Assembly: GCA_021295875.1 (NCBI GenBank)
Contig: JAGWBN010000005.1
Span: 2,776-50,665 of the forward strand
Direction: 5' to 3'
DNA length: 47,890 bases
Source of the DNA: Pseudomonadales bacterium
GTDB lineage: Bacteria > Pseudomonadota > Gammaproteobacteria > Pseudomonadales > Azotimanducaceae
The notes beneath the pieces were generated by a model, which had not been told where the DNA came from, did no database searches, and saw only the letters and a program-made list of their open reading frames with translations. Below, piece by piece: positions 20,006-28,011 of the stretch; position 1 is the first letter of the stretch; every line of letters starts with the position of its first letter. Both the position numbers and the translations under genes were made by a program.

Positions 20006-20031
20006 GACGCGACCGCGCTGGCGGTCGCGTC
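20006..20031 (+). terminator. 11-bp perfect hairpin after the binding-protein gene
   Basis: GACGCGACCGC-gctg-GCGGTCGCGTC begins 5 nt after the stop. A weak pyrimidine run follows, with no clean U-tract. Confidence 0.5.
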
Positions 20032-20143
20032 GGCGGCCCTTCTCCCCACCGGATGCGGCCGTGGGGCGGCGTTTCGCCCGCCGAAGGCCGACCTGCGGGG
20101 CCGGGTGTCGTCCGGCAGGTCAGCGGGCATGACGGGCCGATTG

Positions 20144-20220
20144 TGGTAGCTGCGGTTGGACTCGAACCAACGACTCCAGCATTATGAATGCTGTGCTCTA
20201 ACCGACTGAGCTACGCAGCC
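20144..20220 (-). tRNA. tRNA-Met (anticodon CAU), elongator type
   Basis: 77-nt cloverleaf on the minus strand. Acceptor GGCTGCG/CGCAGCT (G1-U72); D-arm TAGCTCAGTCGGTTAGAGCA; anticodon stem CAGCA/TGCTG with loop TTCATAA; T-arm GTTGG-TTCGAGT-CCAAC; encoded CCA. The D and anticodon arms closely resemble E. coli metT. A lysidine-type tRNA-Ile2 cannot be strictly excluded. Confidence 0.88.
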
Positions 20221-20249
20221 ACCGGACGGCGGACTCCGCCGGGAGCGCG

Positions 20250-20278
20250 ATTCTCAAAGTGCACGGGGCGCATGTCAA
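20250..20278 (-). promoter_or_regulatory. candidate sigma70 promoter for tRNA-Met
   Basis: On the minus strand: TTGACA, a 17-nt spacer, then GAGAAT, followed by a GC-rich discriminator (CGCGCTCCC) about 30 nt upstream of the tRNA 5' end. Confidence 0.5.
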
Positions 20279-20302
20279 GCAGCCGCCGCGAGCCTGCGAG
20301 CC

Positions 20303-20331
20303 TTGAATACTTCTGATCGAGTAGCTATATA
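20303..20331 (+). promoter_or_regulatory. candidate sigma70 promoter for yccA
   Basis: TTGAAT (20303-20308), a 17-nt spacer, then TATATA (20326-20331), 38 nt upstream of the ATG. Confidence 0.5.
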
Positions 20332-20368
20332 GCGGTTAGCGCCCAACCAAGACTGGACGAGATACGAC

Positions 20369-21028
20369 ATGGCAGATCCTCGAATCATCACCGCCCGCCC
20401 GTCGTCGGCGATTGAAATCAACAAGGTGCTCAGAAACACCTACGCCTTGCTGGCGATGACGCTGTTGTGGAGCGCGGTCACGGCGACGGTGTCGATGGCC
20501 ATCGGCGTGCCGCACCTCGGGTTCTTCACTTTGCTGATCTTCTTCGGTCTGCTGTACGCCGTGCACAAGACGGCCAACAGCACATGGGGGCTGTTCTGGG
20601 TCTTCGCACTGACCGGCTTCCTCGGCTTCTCGCTGGCCCCGCTGCTCGGTTCGGTCTTGAGCCTCGCCGACGGCGGTGCCATCGTCGCCCAGTCGCTGGC
20701 CATCACCGCGGTGGCATTCCTCGGGCTGTCCATCTACACCGTGACGACGAAGCGCGACTTCAGCTTCCTGACCGGCTTCCTCGTGGTGGGCGTGATCGTC
20801 ATCGTCGCCTCCTGCGTGGTGTCGATCTTCTACTACTCCACGCTGTTCGCCCAGGTCATGGCGGGCATCGCCATCCTGTTTGGTGCCGCCTTGATCCTGT
20901 GGGAAACCAGCGCCGTGGTGCGTGGCGAGCAGACCAACTACATCACCGCCACCGTGGGCATCTACGTCGGCCTGTACAATATCTTCTCGTCCCTCCTGCT
21001 CCTCTTCGGCATCGGCGGCGACGATTAG
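20369..21028 (+). CDS. yccA: Bax inhibitor-1 / YccA family membrane protein
   Basis: 219 aa with 7 TM segments. Characteristic start (NKVLRNTYALLAMTLL) and end (GEQTNYITATVGIYVGLYNIFSSLLLLFG). Confidence 0.88.
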   Translation: MADPRIITARPSSAIEINKVLRNTYALLAMTLLWSAVTATVSMAIGVPHLGFFTLLIFFGLLYAVHKTANSTWGLFWVFALTGFLGFSLAPLLGSVLSLADGGAIVAQSLAITAVAFLGLSIYTVTTKRDFSFLTGFLVVGVIVIVASCVVSIFYYSTLFAQVMAGIAILFGAALILWETSAVVRGEQTNYITATVGIYVGLYNIFSSLLLLFGIGGDD

Positions 21029-21035
21029 CTGTAGA

Positions 21036-21226
21036 GAAGTTTCGCGAAGCGAAACTTCCAACGCGCCCGAAGGGCGCGCGCTGGCAGAGAGGCCCCGTGC
21101 CGAAGTTTCGCGAAGCGAAACTGCCAACGCGCCCGAAGGGCGCGCGGCATCGGCGGCGACGACTAGAACTAGAGGCCGGTGCCGAAGTTTCGCGAAGCGA
21201 AACTTCCAACGCGCCCGAAGGGCGCG
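21036..21226. repeat. three tandem, same-orientation REP-like elements, each a pair of hairpins
   Basis: Each unit is GAAGTTTCGC-GAA-GCGAAACTTC, then CAA, then CGCGCCC-GAA-GGGCGCG. Copies lie at 21036-21078, 21102-21144 and 21184-21226. Copy 2 has one stem mismatch (ACTGC). They fill the gap between convergent yccA and the VWA gene. Confidence 0.85.
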
Positions 21227-21251
21227 CCGGCGGCGACGACAAGCCCCGCCA

Positions 21252-23231
21252 CTACGTGCGCGTGAGCTGTCGGTAGGCCTTGTGGAGGGCTTCGGGCAGT
21301 TCTGCGGTCTCCTCGATCACCAGGTATCGGTCCTCCGGACACATGCGCCGCAGGTAGTCGTGGCCTGACCGGTCAACGGTTACGCAGAACGTCTCGATCC
21401 CCCCTGCCTCGGCCTCGGCCAATGCCCGGGCGGTGTCCTGAACGCCGTATTCGTGCTCGCCCCGGTCGGGCCCGTAGTCGTGGTCCTGGGGGAAGCCGTC
21501 GCTGACGATCATCAGCACCTTGAGCGCTGCGCCGCACGCTTCGAGTTTGGCGGTGGCGTGGCGCACCGCAGGACCCATGCGGGTCGAGCGCTTGGGTTTC
21601 ATCTCGGCGATGGCGTCGAGGACGCGGTCGTCCAAGGGGTCGTCGAATTCCTTGGCGACGAAGAACTCCACGCAGTCGCGGCCATAGCCGGAGAAACCGT
21701 ACACCGCGTATCGGTCGCCCAGGCCTTCCAGCGCGGTGCCGAGCAGCAGGGCCGACTCGCGAAGGATGTCGATGATGCGCCTCTTCTTCGCCTCCTCGGC
21801 CATCCGCGCCGCAAAGTCGTATTCCTCATCCTCGTCGAAGAACGGATCTCTGATGTCCTGCACCTTCGTCGGCTTCGCAGGCAACGATTCCGCGCTAGCA
21901 TCGGGGAGGAGGTCGTCGGTGGATGCCGAGAGGTCGATCAGGAGCGCGGCACCGACGTCCCGGCGCAGCCGCTCCCGGCGGCTGTAGACCCGTTCGTCGG
22001 GGGACGTGCCGTTCTTGATGTCGGTGCGGGCCGCGACGATGGCCTCCAGATCTAGCTCGTCGCCGTCAGGCGTATTCTTGACCCGTTGGTAGCCGATGGG
22101 GCGAATCTGCTCGAACTGGCGGCGCGCCGCGCGGACATGGGGGCGCACGGCATCGAGCAGCTTCGCCGTGCCGCTGGCGCCCGGCGCATGCAGGCGTTCC
22201 TCGTAGAGCCGGCACCAGGCGCGCAGGTAGACGCCGTTGTGATGGTCCCACTCGTCGTAGCGAAAGCTGGCCACATCGCCGCGGTCGTCGCCGAGCGCGC
22301 GGCGGACCGACGAGCGCTCCATGTCGATCCGGCGTTTCAGGCGGTCCCGCTCGGCGACGAGATCGATGTCCACTTCGCGCAACTCGCCGTCGTCGCCTGC
22401 ACCGTCGCCGGCCTTGACCTCCTCGCCGGCGGTCAACTCCGAGAACTCCATGGCCTCGATCTCCCCGTCCAAGTCGGCGAGTTCCTGGTCCCAGTCGTCG
22501 AGGCGCACCTCCCTCTGCAGCCAGCCCGTCGTGTCGTCGTCCGTGGCGCCAAAACCGTGCGATGCGTTGACGGCATCGAGATCGAGGGCGTCGAGGCAGG
22601 CCACGGTGGCGTTCGCGGAGGTGTAGACGTCCGCGTCCGGCGACAACACGTCGACCGCGAGGGGGAACAGGCGCGACGTCAAGTCGAGGCCGAGCAAGGC
22701 GCCGTGCAGCATCGCGACCTCCGCCGTCGTTCCCGAAGGCGAGAGGCGCGCTTGCCAGTGCGCCTCGAGGTGCCGCCGCAGGGCGTCGCGGTAGCGACCG
22801 GTTCCCGGATATCGGCGTGCCACCGCGGCTTGTATCCGGGCGACCTCGATAACGCGGAACAGGATCCGGGCGAGGGTGGGGTTCGGCAAACAGTGGAAGA
22901 ACAAGGTGAGATCGGATTCGCGCAAACCGAGGGCGCTTGATTCCCGGACCGGCAATCCGGGCACCCGCCGGCGCGCCGTCTCCAAGTCGAATCGGTAGGT
23001 GCCGAACTCGCGGAATCCCAACTCGTCGAGGACGGCTAGGCGGTAGACGGCGGCGTTGAGGGACTCGTCGGCGAAGTGCTCGATCGCGTCCGGCAGGTAC
23101 ACGCTGCGGCTGTCGTGCCGGGCATCGACACCGTCGCCCGTGACGACGGGTTCGGTCTCGCCCGGAAACTCCGTCGTCGACTTGATGTGAACGACCCGGC
23201 CGGCGATGCCCTCGGCGAACAGCGCCAGCAC
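21252..23231 (-). CDS. VWA-domain protein of the CbbO / NorD family
   Basis: 659 aa. The C-terminal von Willebrand A domain has a complete MIDAS (LLIDLSASTDD, KRSTRMG, MIVSDGFPQD). It lies immediately downstream of a CbbQ/NorQ ATPase gene. Confidence 0.85.
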   Translation of the reverse strand: MLALFAEGIAGRVVHIKSTTEFPGETEPVVTGDGVDARHDSRSVYLPDAIEHFADESLNAAVYRLAVLDELGFREFGTYRFDLETARRRVPGLPVRESSALGLRESDLTLFFHCLPNPTLARILFRVIEVARIQAAVARRYPGTGRYRDALRRHLEAHWQARLSPSGTTAEVAMLHGALLGLDLTSRLFPLAVDVLSPDADVYTSANATVACLDALDLDAVNASHGFGATDDDTTGWLQREVRLDDWDQELADLDGEIEAMEFSELTAGEEVKAGDGAGDDGELREVDIDLVAERDRLKRRIDMERSSVRRALGDDRGDVASFRYDEWDHHNGVYLRAWCRLYEERLHAPGASGTAKLLDAVRPHVRAARRQFEQIRPIGYQRVKNTPDGDELDLEAIVAARTDIKNGTSPDERVYSRRERLRRDVGAALLIDLSASTDDLLPDASAESLPAKPTKVQDIRDPFFDEDEEYDFAARMAEEAKKRRIIDILRESALLLGTALEGLGDRYAVYGFSGYGRDCVEFFVAKEFDDPLDDRVLDAIAEMKPKRSTRMGPAVRHATAKLEACGAALKVLMIVSDGFPQDHDYGPDRGEHEYGVQDTARALAEAEAGGIETFCVTVDRSGHDYLRRMCPEDRYLVIEETAELPEALHKAYRQLTRT

Positions 23232-23254
23232 GCGGTCGATGTCGGCGAGTGCGG

Positions 23255-24094
23255 TCAGGGCCAGACGACGTCGACGATGCCGGCGACGGCCTCCTGCACG
23301 TGGGCGTCGTCGGACACCGCCTCGACGATGGCGATCTCGGCGGCACGGCGGGGTTCGATGCCGCGTTGGATGAGCTCCCCGGCATAGATCAGCAGCCGCG
23401 TACTGACGCCCTCCCGGAAACCGTGTTCGCGAAGATTGCGCACCTTGGCGCCGGTCACCGCCAGGCGATGGGCGAGGCCGCTCGCGACGCCGCTCTCGTG
23501 GGCGATGATCTCGGCTTCGCGGGGCTCGTCCGGATAGTCGAAGGTAAGGCTCACGAAGCGTTGCCGGGTGCTGGTCTTCAAGTCCTTGAGAATGCTCTGG
23601 TAGCCGGGGTTGTAGGAGATGACGAGCAGGAAGTCGGCGTGGGCGTGGACCAGTTCGCCGGTCTTGTCGATGGGCAGCGCGCGGCGGTGGTCGGTGAGCG
23701 AGTGGATGAGCACCGTGGTGTCCTTGCGCGCTTCGACGATCTCGTCCAGGTAGCAGAGCGACCCCCCGCGCACCGCCTGGGTCAGGGGACCGTCCTGCCA
23801 GATCGTCTCATCGCCCTTCAAGAGATAGCGGCCGACGAGGTCGGTGCCGGTCAGGTCTTCGTGACAGGAGACGGTCACCAGGTGGTCGTCGATGTCGCCC
23901 CTGCCGAAAAGCCGCCAGGTCATGTGCTCCACGAAACGCGTCTTGCCGCACCCCGTGGGACCCTTCAGCAGCACCGGCAAACGACTGGCGTAGGCGGCCT
24001 CGAACTCCGCCACCTCGTCGGCCAGCGGCAGGTAGTAGGGTTCTCGGCCATCCGGGCGTGACCGGTCGAGCAACCCCTCGGATGGGGCTTCCAC
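23255..24094 (-). CDS. MoxR-class AAA+ ATPase of the CbbQ / NirQ / NorQ / GvpN family
   Basis: Walker [12 protein letters not shown], Walker [12 protein letters not shown], and family-typical blocks [16 protein letters not shown] and [11 protein letters not shown]...[11 protein letters not shown]. The GTG start lies 1 nt after the upstream stop. Confidence 0.9.
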   Translation of the reverse strand: MEAPSEGLLDRSRPDGREPYYLPLADEVAEFEAAYASRLPVLLKGPTGCGKTRFVEHMTWRLFGRGDIDDHLVTVSCHEDLTGTDLVGRYLLKGDETIWQDGPLTQAVRGGSLCYLDEIVEARKDTTVLIHSLTDHRRALPIDKTGELVHAHADFLLVISYNPGYQSILKDLKTSTRQRFVSLTFDYPDEPREAEIIAHESGVASGLAHRLAVTGAKVRNLREHGFREGVSTRLLIYAGELIQRGIEPRRAAEIAIVEAVSDDAHVQEAVAGIVDVVWP

Positions 24095-24095
24095 G

Positions 24096-24953
24096 TTACG
24101 GCACGAAGACGTCGTGGCCCTGGGTGTAGTTCCTGAACGACTGCGCCGGGTTGCGGTTGACCAGGTTGCGTTTGAACATCGGGTGATGAAGGCTGCGTAC
24201 CTCGTGCTCGATCTCGGTCAGGCGTTCGCCGCTCGATGGATCGACGATGTCCTGGAAACGGTACTGGTGCTGGTCCGACTCCTCGGTGATGAGGCCCCGT
24301 TCTTCGAGGGCGGCGTGAGGTCCGGAGAAGTTCGCCACGTAGATGGCGAGGTGGTGGCCGTCGTAGTCGGGAATCTCGTCGTCGGTCTCCTTGAAGATCA
24401 GCCGCTGGTTGGCGCCCATGGTGACTTCGGCGCGTTTGCCGCCGTCATCGTCGCGGGTGGCGGCCGGGGTCTCGAGAAGGTCGTTGTAGAACCGGGTAAT
24501 GCCATCCGCCGTGTCGCGAGGTACGTCGAGGGATGCGAAAGGAATGCCCAGGCTGGTGCCGAATCCCGGCCCGTAGGCGCGGATGTCGTTGCCCCACGGG
24601 CAGCGCAGCGCGATGTGGTCGTTCTTCTCTTCGCGCGAGAATTCGGTGCCCTGCATGGGGCGGTCGATGAAGTCGAGGCGGCGTTTCAGGTCGTCGAGGT
24701 CGGGAACCACCACGCCGATGTGACCGCGGAACTTCTGCGCGTCGCGCTTGGGCAGGTGGAACTGCTGCTCGCCGACGTTGATCCACATGTTGAACGTGCC
24801 GAAGTCGATGAACGGGTCGCGGGTGAAGCCCAGGCCGCTCACGTAGAAGAGCGCCGCCACCTGCTGGTCCGGCACGGTCAGGTTGATGTGTTCCATGTTG
24901 AGGACGTTGCCGAAGTCCTCTTCGGTTCGGTCGAACGCCCGCTTGTGGCTCAT
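24096..24953 (-). CDS. two-module VOC (glyoxalase/extradiol dioxygenase-like) superfamily protein, specific function unknown
   Basis: About 285 aa from [12 protein letters not shown]. Two beta-alpha-beta-beta-beta-like modules start at [10 protein letters not shown] and [11 protein letters not shown], with a late acidic/His block ([12 protein letters not shown]). The 57-aa upstream extension in the ORF track is rejected. Confidence 0.65.
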   Translation of the reverse strand: MSHKRAFDRTEEDFGNVLNMEHINLTVPDQQVAALFYVSGLGFTRDPFIDFGTFNMWINVGEQQFHLPKRDAQKFRGHIGVVVPDLDDLKRRLDFIDRPMQGTEFSREEKNDHIALRCPWGNDIRAYGPGFGTSLGIPFASLDVPRDTADGITRFYNDLLETPAATRDDDGGKRAEVTMGANQRLIFKETDDEIPDYDGHHLAIYVANFSGPHAALEERGLITEESDQHQYRFQDIVDPSSGERLTEIEHEVRSLHHPMFKRNLVNRNPAQSFRNYTQGHDVFVP

Positions 24954-25065
24954 GCTGTCTCCCGTCGGATCCCACCCAGTCCGATTGCATAGAATAACCC
25001 CGATCAACCCCGTGTGTTCCGCTGCGCTGGACCGACCACGCGCCGGCCTTCGCCTGGACGAAAAC

Positions 25066-26157
25066 GTGCCCGACGACAACGAAGCCCTGCTGGATGCGAT
25101 CAGCGCCGTGGTGCCGCCGGTCATGACCGCCCTCGATGCGCTGGCCTGGGTCGGCCGACACCTGCATCCGCCGAACCTGTCGGCGTTGGTGGATGCGGTC
25201 GCCGGTGCCGACGAACCGGTCCGCGAGGGCCTCGAGCGGTTCCGCGCGACGGCGTTCCCCGAACACCTCCAACCCTTCGCGGAGCATGTCCTGCGTACCG
25301 GCGAGCACGTCCTCAGGGCCCTCGAGGGACTTGCCGAGGCGGCTCGCGATTCCGACGGCGCGATGTCGGCCTACCGGGCCATGGGCAACCACACCCGGGC
25401 CCTGGAAGCGCTGTACCCCGTTGCCGCGATGCTGGGGCCGGTGAGCCGATTCTTCGTCGAACCCCAACGTCGCGACGATTCCCTCCTGCTGAAGCGCCTG
25501 GCGGATGCGGATCCGACGCGGGAAGACGTGGGAGTGATCCACGCGAACAACGACAAGGGCTCGAGAGGCGGTTTTTCGCTGTACGTTCCCGAATACTACG
25601 ACCCGGATCACGCCCATCCGTTGATCGTCGCCCTGCACGGCGGCTCGGGCCACGGCCGCGACTTTCTCACGACCTGGCTGGTCAATGCCCGTACCCATGG
25701 TGCCATCCTGCTCTGCCCCACGGCCCGCGAGCGGACCTGGTCGCTCATGGGGACGGACGTCGACACGCCGAACATCGAGAACCTGGTGCGGCACCTGCGC
25801 GATCAATACAACATCGACCCCGAGCGGTTGCTGCTCACCGGAATGAGCGACGGCGGCACGTTCTGCTACGTATCGGGACTGCGCGAGGACTCGCCGTTCA
25901 CGCACCTGGCGCCCAGTTCGGCCAGTTTCCACCCGCTGCTGTTGGAAGGGACCACCCCCAAGCGTCTGGGTTCGTTGTCGGTCTATCTCATGCACGGCGT
26001 CCTCGACTGGATGTTTCCGGTCGGAATCGCGCGCACGGCCAACGAGGCGCTATCGGCGGGCGGTGCCCGCGTGACGTATCGCGAGATCGACGATCTCTCG
26101 CATGCGTATCCCCGGGACGAGAACCCGAGGATCATGGAGTGGCTGATTGGTCCGTAG
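25066..26157 (+). CDS. alpha/beta-hydrolase esterase (phospholipase/carboxylesterase or PHB-depolymerase-type) with an N-terminal helical extension
   Basis: LIVALHGGSGHG, nucleophile elbow GMSDGG, and late DDLSHAY. The start is uncertain: GTG 25066 is chosen, GTG 25012 is possible, and ATG 24883 would overlap the divergent gene by 70 nt. Confidence 0.75.
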   Translation: MPDDNEALLDAISAVVPPVMTALDALAWVGRHLHPPNLSALVDAVAGADEPVREGLERFRATAFPEHLQPFAEHVLRTGEHVLRALEGLAEAARDSDGAMSAYRAMGNHTRALEALYPVAAMLGPVSRFFVEPQRRDDSLLLKRLADADPTREDVGVIHANNDKGSRGGFSLYVPEYYDPDHAHPLIVALHGGSGHGRDFLTTWLVNARTHGAILLCPTARERTWSLMGTDVDTPNIENLVRHLRDQYNIDPERLLLTGMSDGGTFCYVSGLREDSPFTHLAPSSASFHPLLLEGTTPKRLGSLSVYLMHGVLDWMFPVGIARTANEALSAGGARVTYREIDDLSHAYPRDENPRIMEWLIGP

Positions 26158-26165
26158 GGCCGCCC

Positions 26166-26801
26166 CTACGAGGTCGAGTTGCGCCGTGTCGCCTCCATGA
26201 ACGGCGAGCGCTGGTGCTGGCGGCCAAGGTAGGCCAGAAACGGCTCGGGAAGGTCGAATCCGTAGGCCACCGCCCAGTCGAGGCACGTGGTCATCAGGAT
26301 GTCGACGCCGGTGAATCCGCCGCCCACGAGGTGGCCTTCGGCCTCGATCCGGGGTCTTGCCCAACGCAGCTGCTTCTCGAATCCCGCTCGCGCCGCGTCC
26401 ACGGCGGCCGGCGCCTCGCCGTAGAGGTGCTTCAGGTCGCCGTGCTTGCGAATCACGTAGAGCGTGTGCGCATCCAACTCCATCAGGATGTAGGACAGCC
26501 ACTCGTTGTAGCGTGCCCGTTGAATGCTGCCCGGCTCGGGCGTCAACCCGCCGTAGCGGTCGCCGAGGTAGGTGACGATGGCGGCGCTCTCGGTAAGCAC
26601 AAGGTCCCCGTCCACCAGCACGGGAACCTTCTCCTTGGGGTTCAGCGCCCGGAACCCGGCGGTCTGCGTCTCGCCGGTGCGCGGACCGATGGGTCTCGAG
26701 ACGTACTCCACGCCGAGTTCCGCAAGCGCCCAATGCGCTCGGAGCGTACGGGACGTACCCGCGCCCCAAAGGGTGATGGTTGAACGACGACCGCGACTCA
26801 A
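26166..26801 (-). CDS. glutathione S-transferase
   Basis: Thioredoxin-like N-domain (ITLWGAGTSRTLRAHWALAELGVEY, KVPVLVDGDLVLTESAAIVTYL) followed by a helical C-domain. Confidence 0.85.
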   Translation of the reverse strand: MSRGRRSTITLWGAGTSRTLRAHWALAELGVEYVSRPIGPRTGETQTAGFRALNPKEKVPVLVDGDLVLTESAAIVTYLGDRYGGLTPEPGSIQRARYNEWLSYILMELDAHTLYVIRKHGDLKHLYGEAPAAVDAARAGFEKQLRWARPRIEAEGHLVGGGFTGVDILMTTCLDWAVAYGFDLPEPFLAYLGRQHQRSPFMEATRRNSTS

Positions 26802-26911
26802 TGGCGGTGGCTAGCGGAGACGTTTCCGCTCCCCCCGAAACTTGGTTTGGATTTGATTCTACCGCCGTGGGAAATTCAGTTGCGCGGCTTGGAGGTTCGA
26901 CCGACCAACGC

Positions 26912-26940
26912 TTGATACTGTACGATCATACAGCTATTGT
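26912..26940 (+). promoter_or_regulatory. candidate sigma70 promoter for the radical-SAM gene
   Basis: TTGATA (26912-26917), a 17-nt spacer, then TATTGT (26935-26940). The ATG starts 7 nt after the -10 element. Confidence 0.55.
26918..26933. promoter_or_regulatory. LexA (SOS) box, gammaproteobacterial CTGT-N8-ACAG type
   Basis: taCTGTacgatcatACAGct is a perfect CTGT-N8-ACAG palindrome. It lies exactly within the promoter spacer. Confidence 0.75.
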
Positions 26941-26946
26941 GGACTT

Positions 26947-28011
26947 ATGGACAGCAAGCGCGTGCACAAGGGTCGCGGAGCGGTGTCGAACCCCGCCGGT
27001 CGGTTCGAGACCGCGCCGAGTGTGGCGGCGGCCGACGGTTGGGAACCCGTCGACGACGACTTCCCCGACCCGGCGCCCGCAACGTCCTTCTTCCCGGACA
27101 AGACCCGGAACATCATCGCCACGAACCGTTCGCCCGATGTTCCCTTCGAACAGTCGATCAATCCCTACAAGGGCTGCGAGCACGGCTGCGTCTACTGCTA
27201 TGCGCGCCCCACCCACGCGTTCCTCGACCTCTCGCCGGGGCTCGATTTCGAGACCAGGATCTTCTACAAGACCGATCCGGTGGCACGCCTGCTGGAGGCG
27301 TTCGACAAGCCGGGATACGCGTGCCGGACGCTGGCCATCGGCACCAACACCGATCCCTACCAGCCGGGTGAGAAGCAGCTTCGGGTCACCCGCCGGATAC
27401 TCGAGACCCTCCTCGATTGCCGCCACCCCGTGAGCATCGTCACCAAGGGTGCGTTGATCCTCCGCGATCTCGACATCCTGGCCGACCTCGCCGGTCTCGG
27501 CCTGGTCAGCGTGGGCGTGAGCATCACCACCCTCGACAACGGACTCAAGACGAAGCTCGAACCTCGAACGGCATCTCCAAGTGCGCGCCTCAGGATGGTC
27601 AGTGAACTCAAGGCCGCGGGCGTGCCGGTCGGGATCATGCTGGCGCCGGTGATTCCCTTCATCAACGACCACGAGATCGAGACCGTGGTGGCTCGGTCGG
27701 CCCAAGCCGGCGCCGAGTTCGCCGGCTACGTCATGCTGCGCCTGCCCTTCGAGGTCAAGGATCTGTTCGAGGAGTGGCTCGCCGAGCACTACCCGTTGAA
27801 GGCGGCGCACGTCATGAGCCGTGTTCGGGAGATGCGCGGCGGCAAGAGCTACCAGGCCGAGTGGGGTGTGAGGATGCGCGGCCAGGGCGTCTATGCGGAT
27901 CTCATCGCCAAGCGTTTCGAGGTGGCGCGACGCAAGCACGGCCTCGACGTGTCGAGGCGGGCGGCGCTCAGGACCGATCTGTTCCGTCGCGGCCAGGGGA
28001 CCCTATTCTGA
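26947..28011 (+). CDS. radical SAM protein, PA0069 / SplB-like family
   Basis: N-terminus KGRGAVSNPAGRFE, CxxxCxxC cluster motif (GCEHGCVYCYARP), 354 aa. Confidence 0.88.
   Translation: MDSKRVHKGRGAVSNPAGRFETAPSVAAADGWEPVDDDFPDPAPATSFFPDKTRNIIATNRSPDVPFEQSINPYKGCEHGCVYCYARPTHAFLDLSPGLDFETRIFYKTDPVARLLEAFDKPGYACRTLAIGTNTDPYQPGEKQLRVTRRILETLLDCRHPVSIVTKGALILRDLDILADLAGLGLVSVGVSITTLDNGLKTKLEPRTASPSARLRMVSELKAAGVPVGIMLAPVIPFINDHEIETVVARSAQAGAEFAGYVMLRLPFEVKDLFEEWLAEHYPLKAAHVMSRVREMRGGKSYQAEWGVRMRGQGVYADLIAKRFEVARRKHGLDVSRRAALRTDLFRRGQGTLF

Noticed and set aside
20144-20220. tRNA-Met or tRNA-Gln as integration hotspots, with an adjacent island.
   Set aside because: Neither tRNA has a partial 3' duplicate, an integrase or phage-like genes next to it. 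The neighbouring genes are ordinary chromosomal functions.
21036-21226. The REP array, and the 36-nt repeats at 47031-47153, considered as possible CRISPR arrays.
   Set aside because: There are only three copies with unequal, partly homologous spacers and no cas genes. The 47-kb repeats are contiguous, in-frame and coding.
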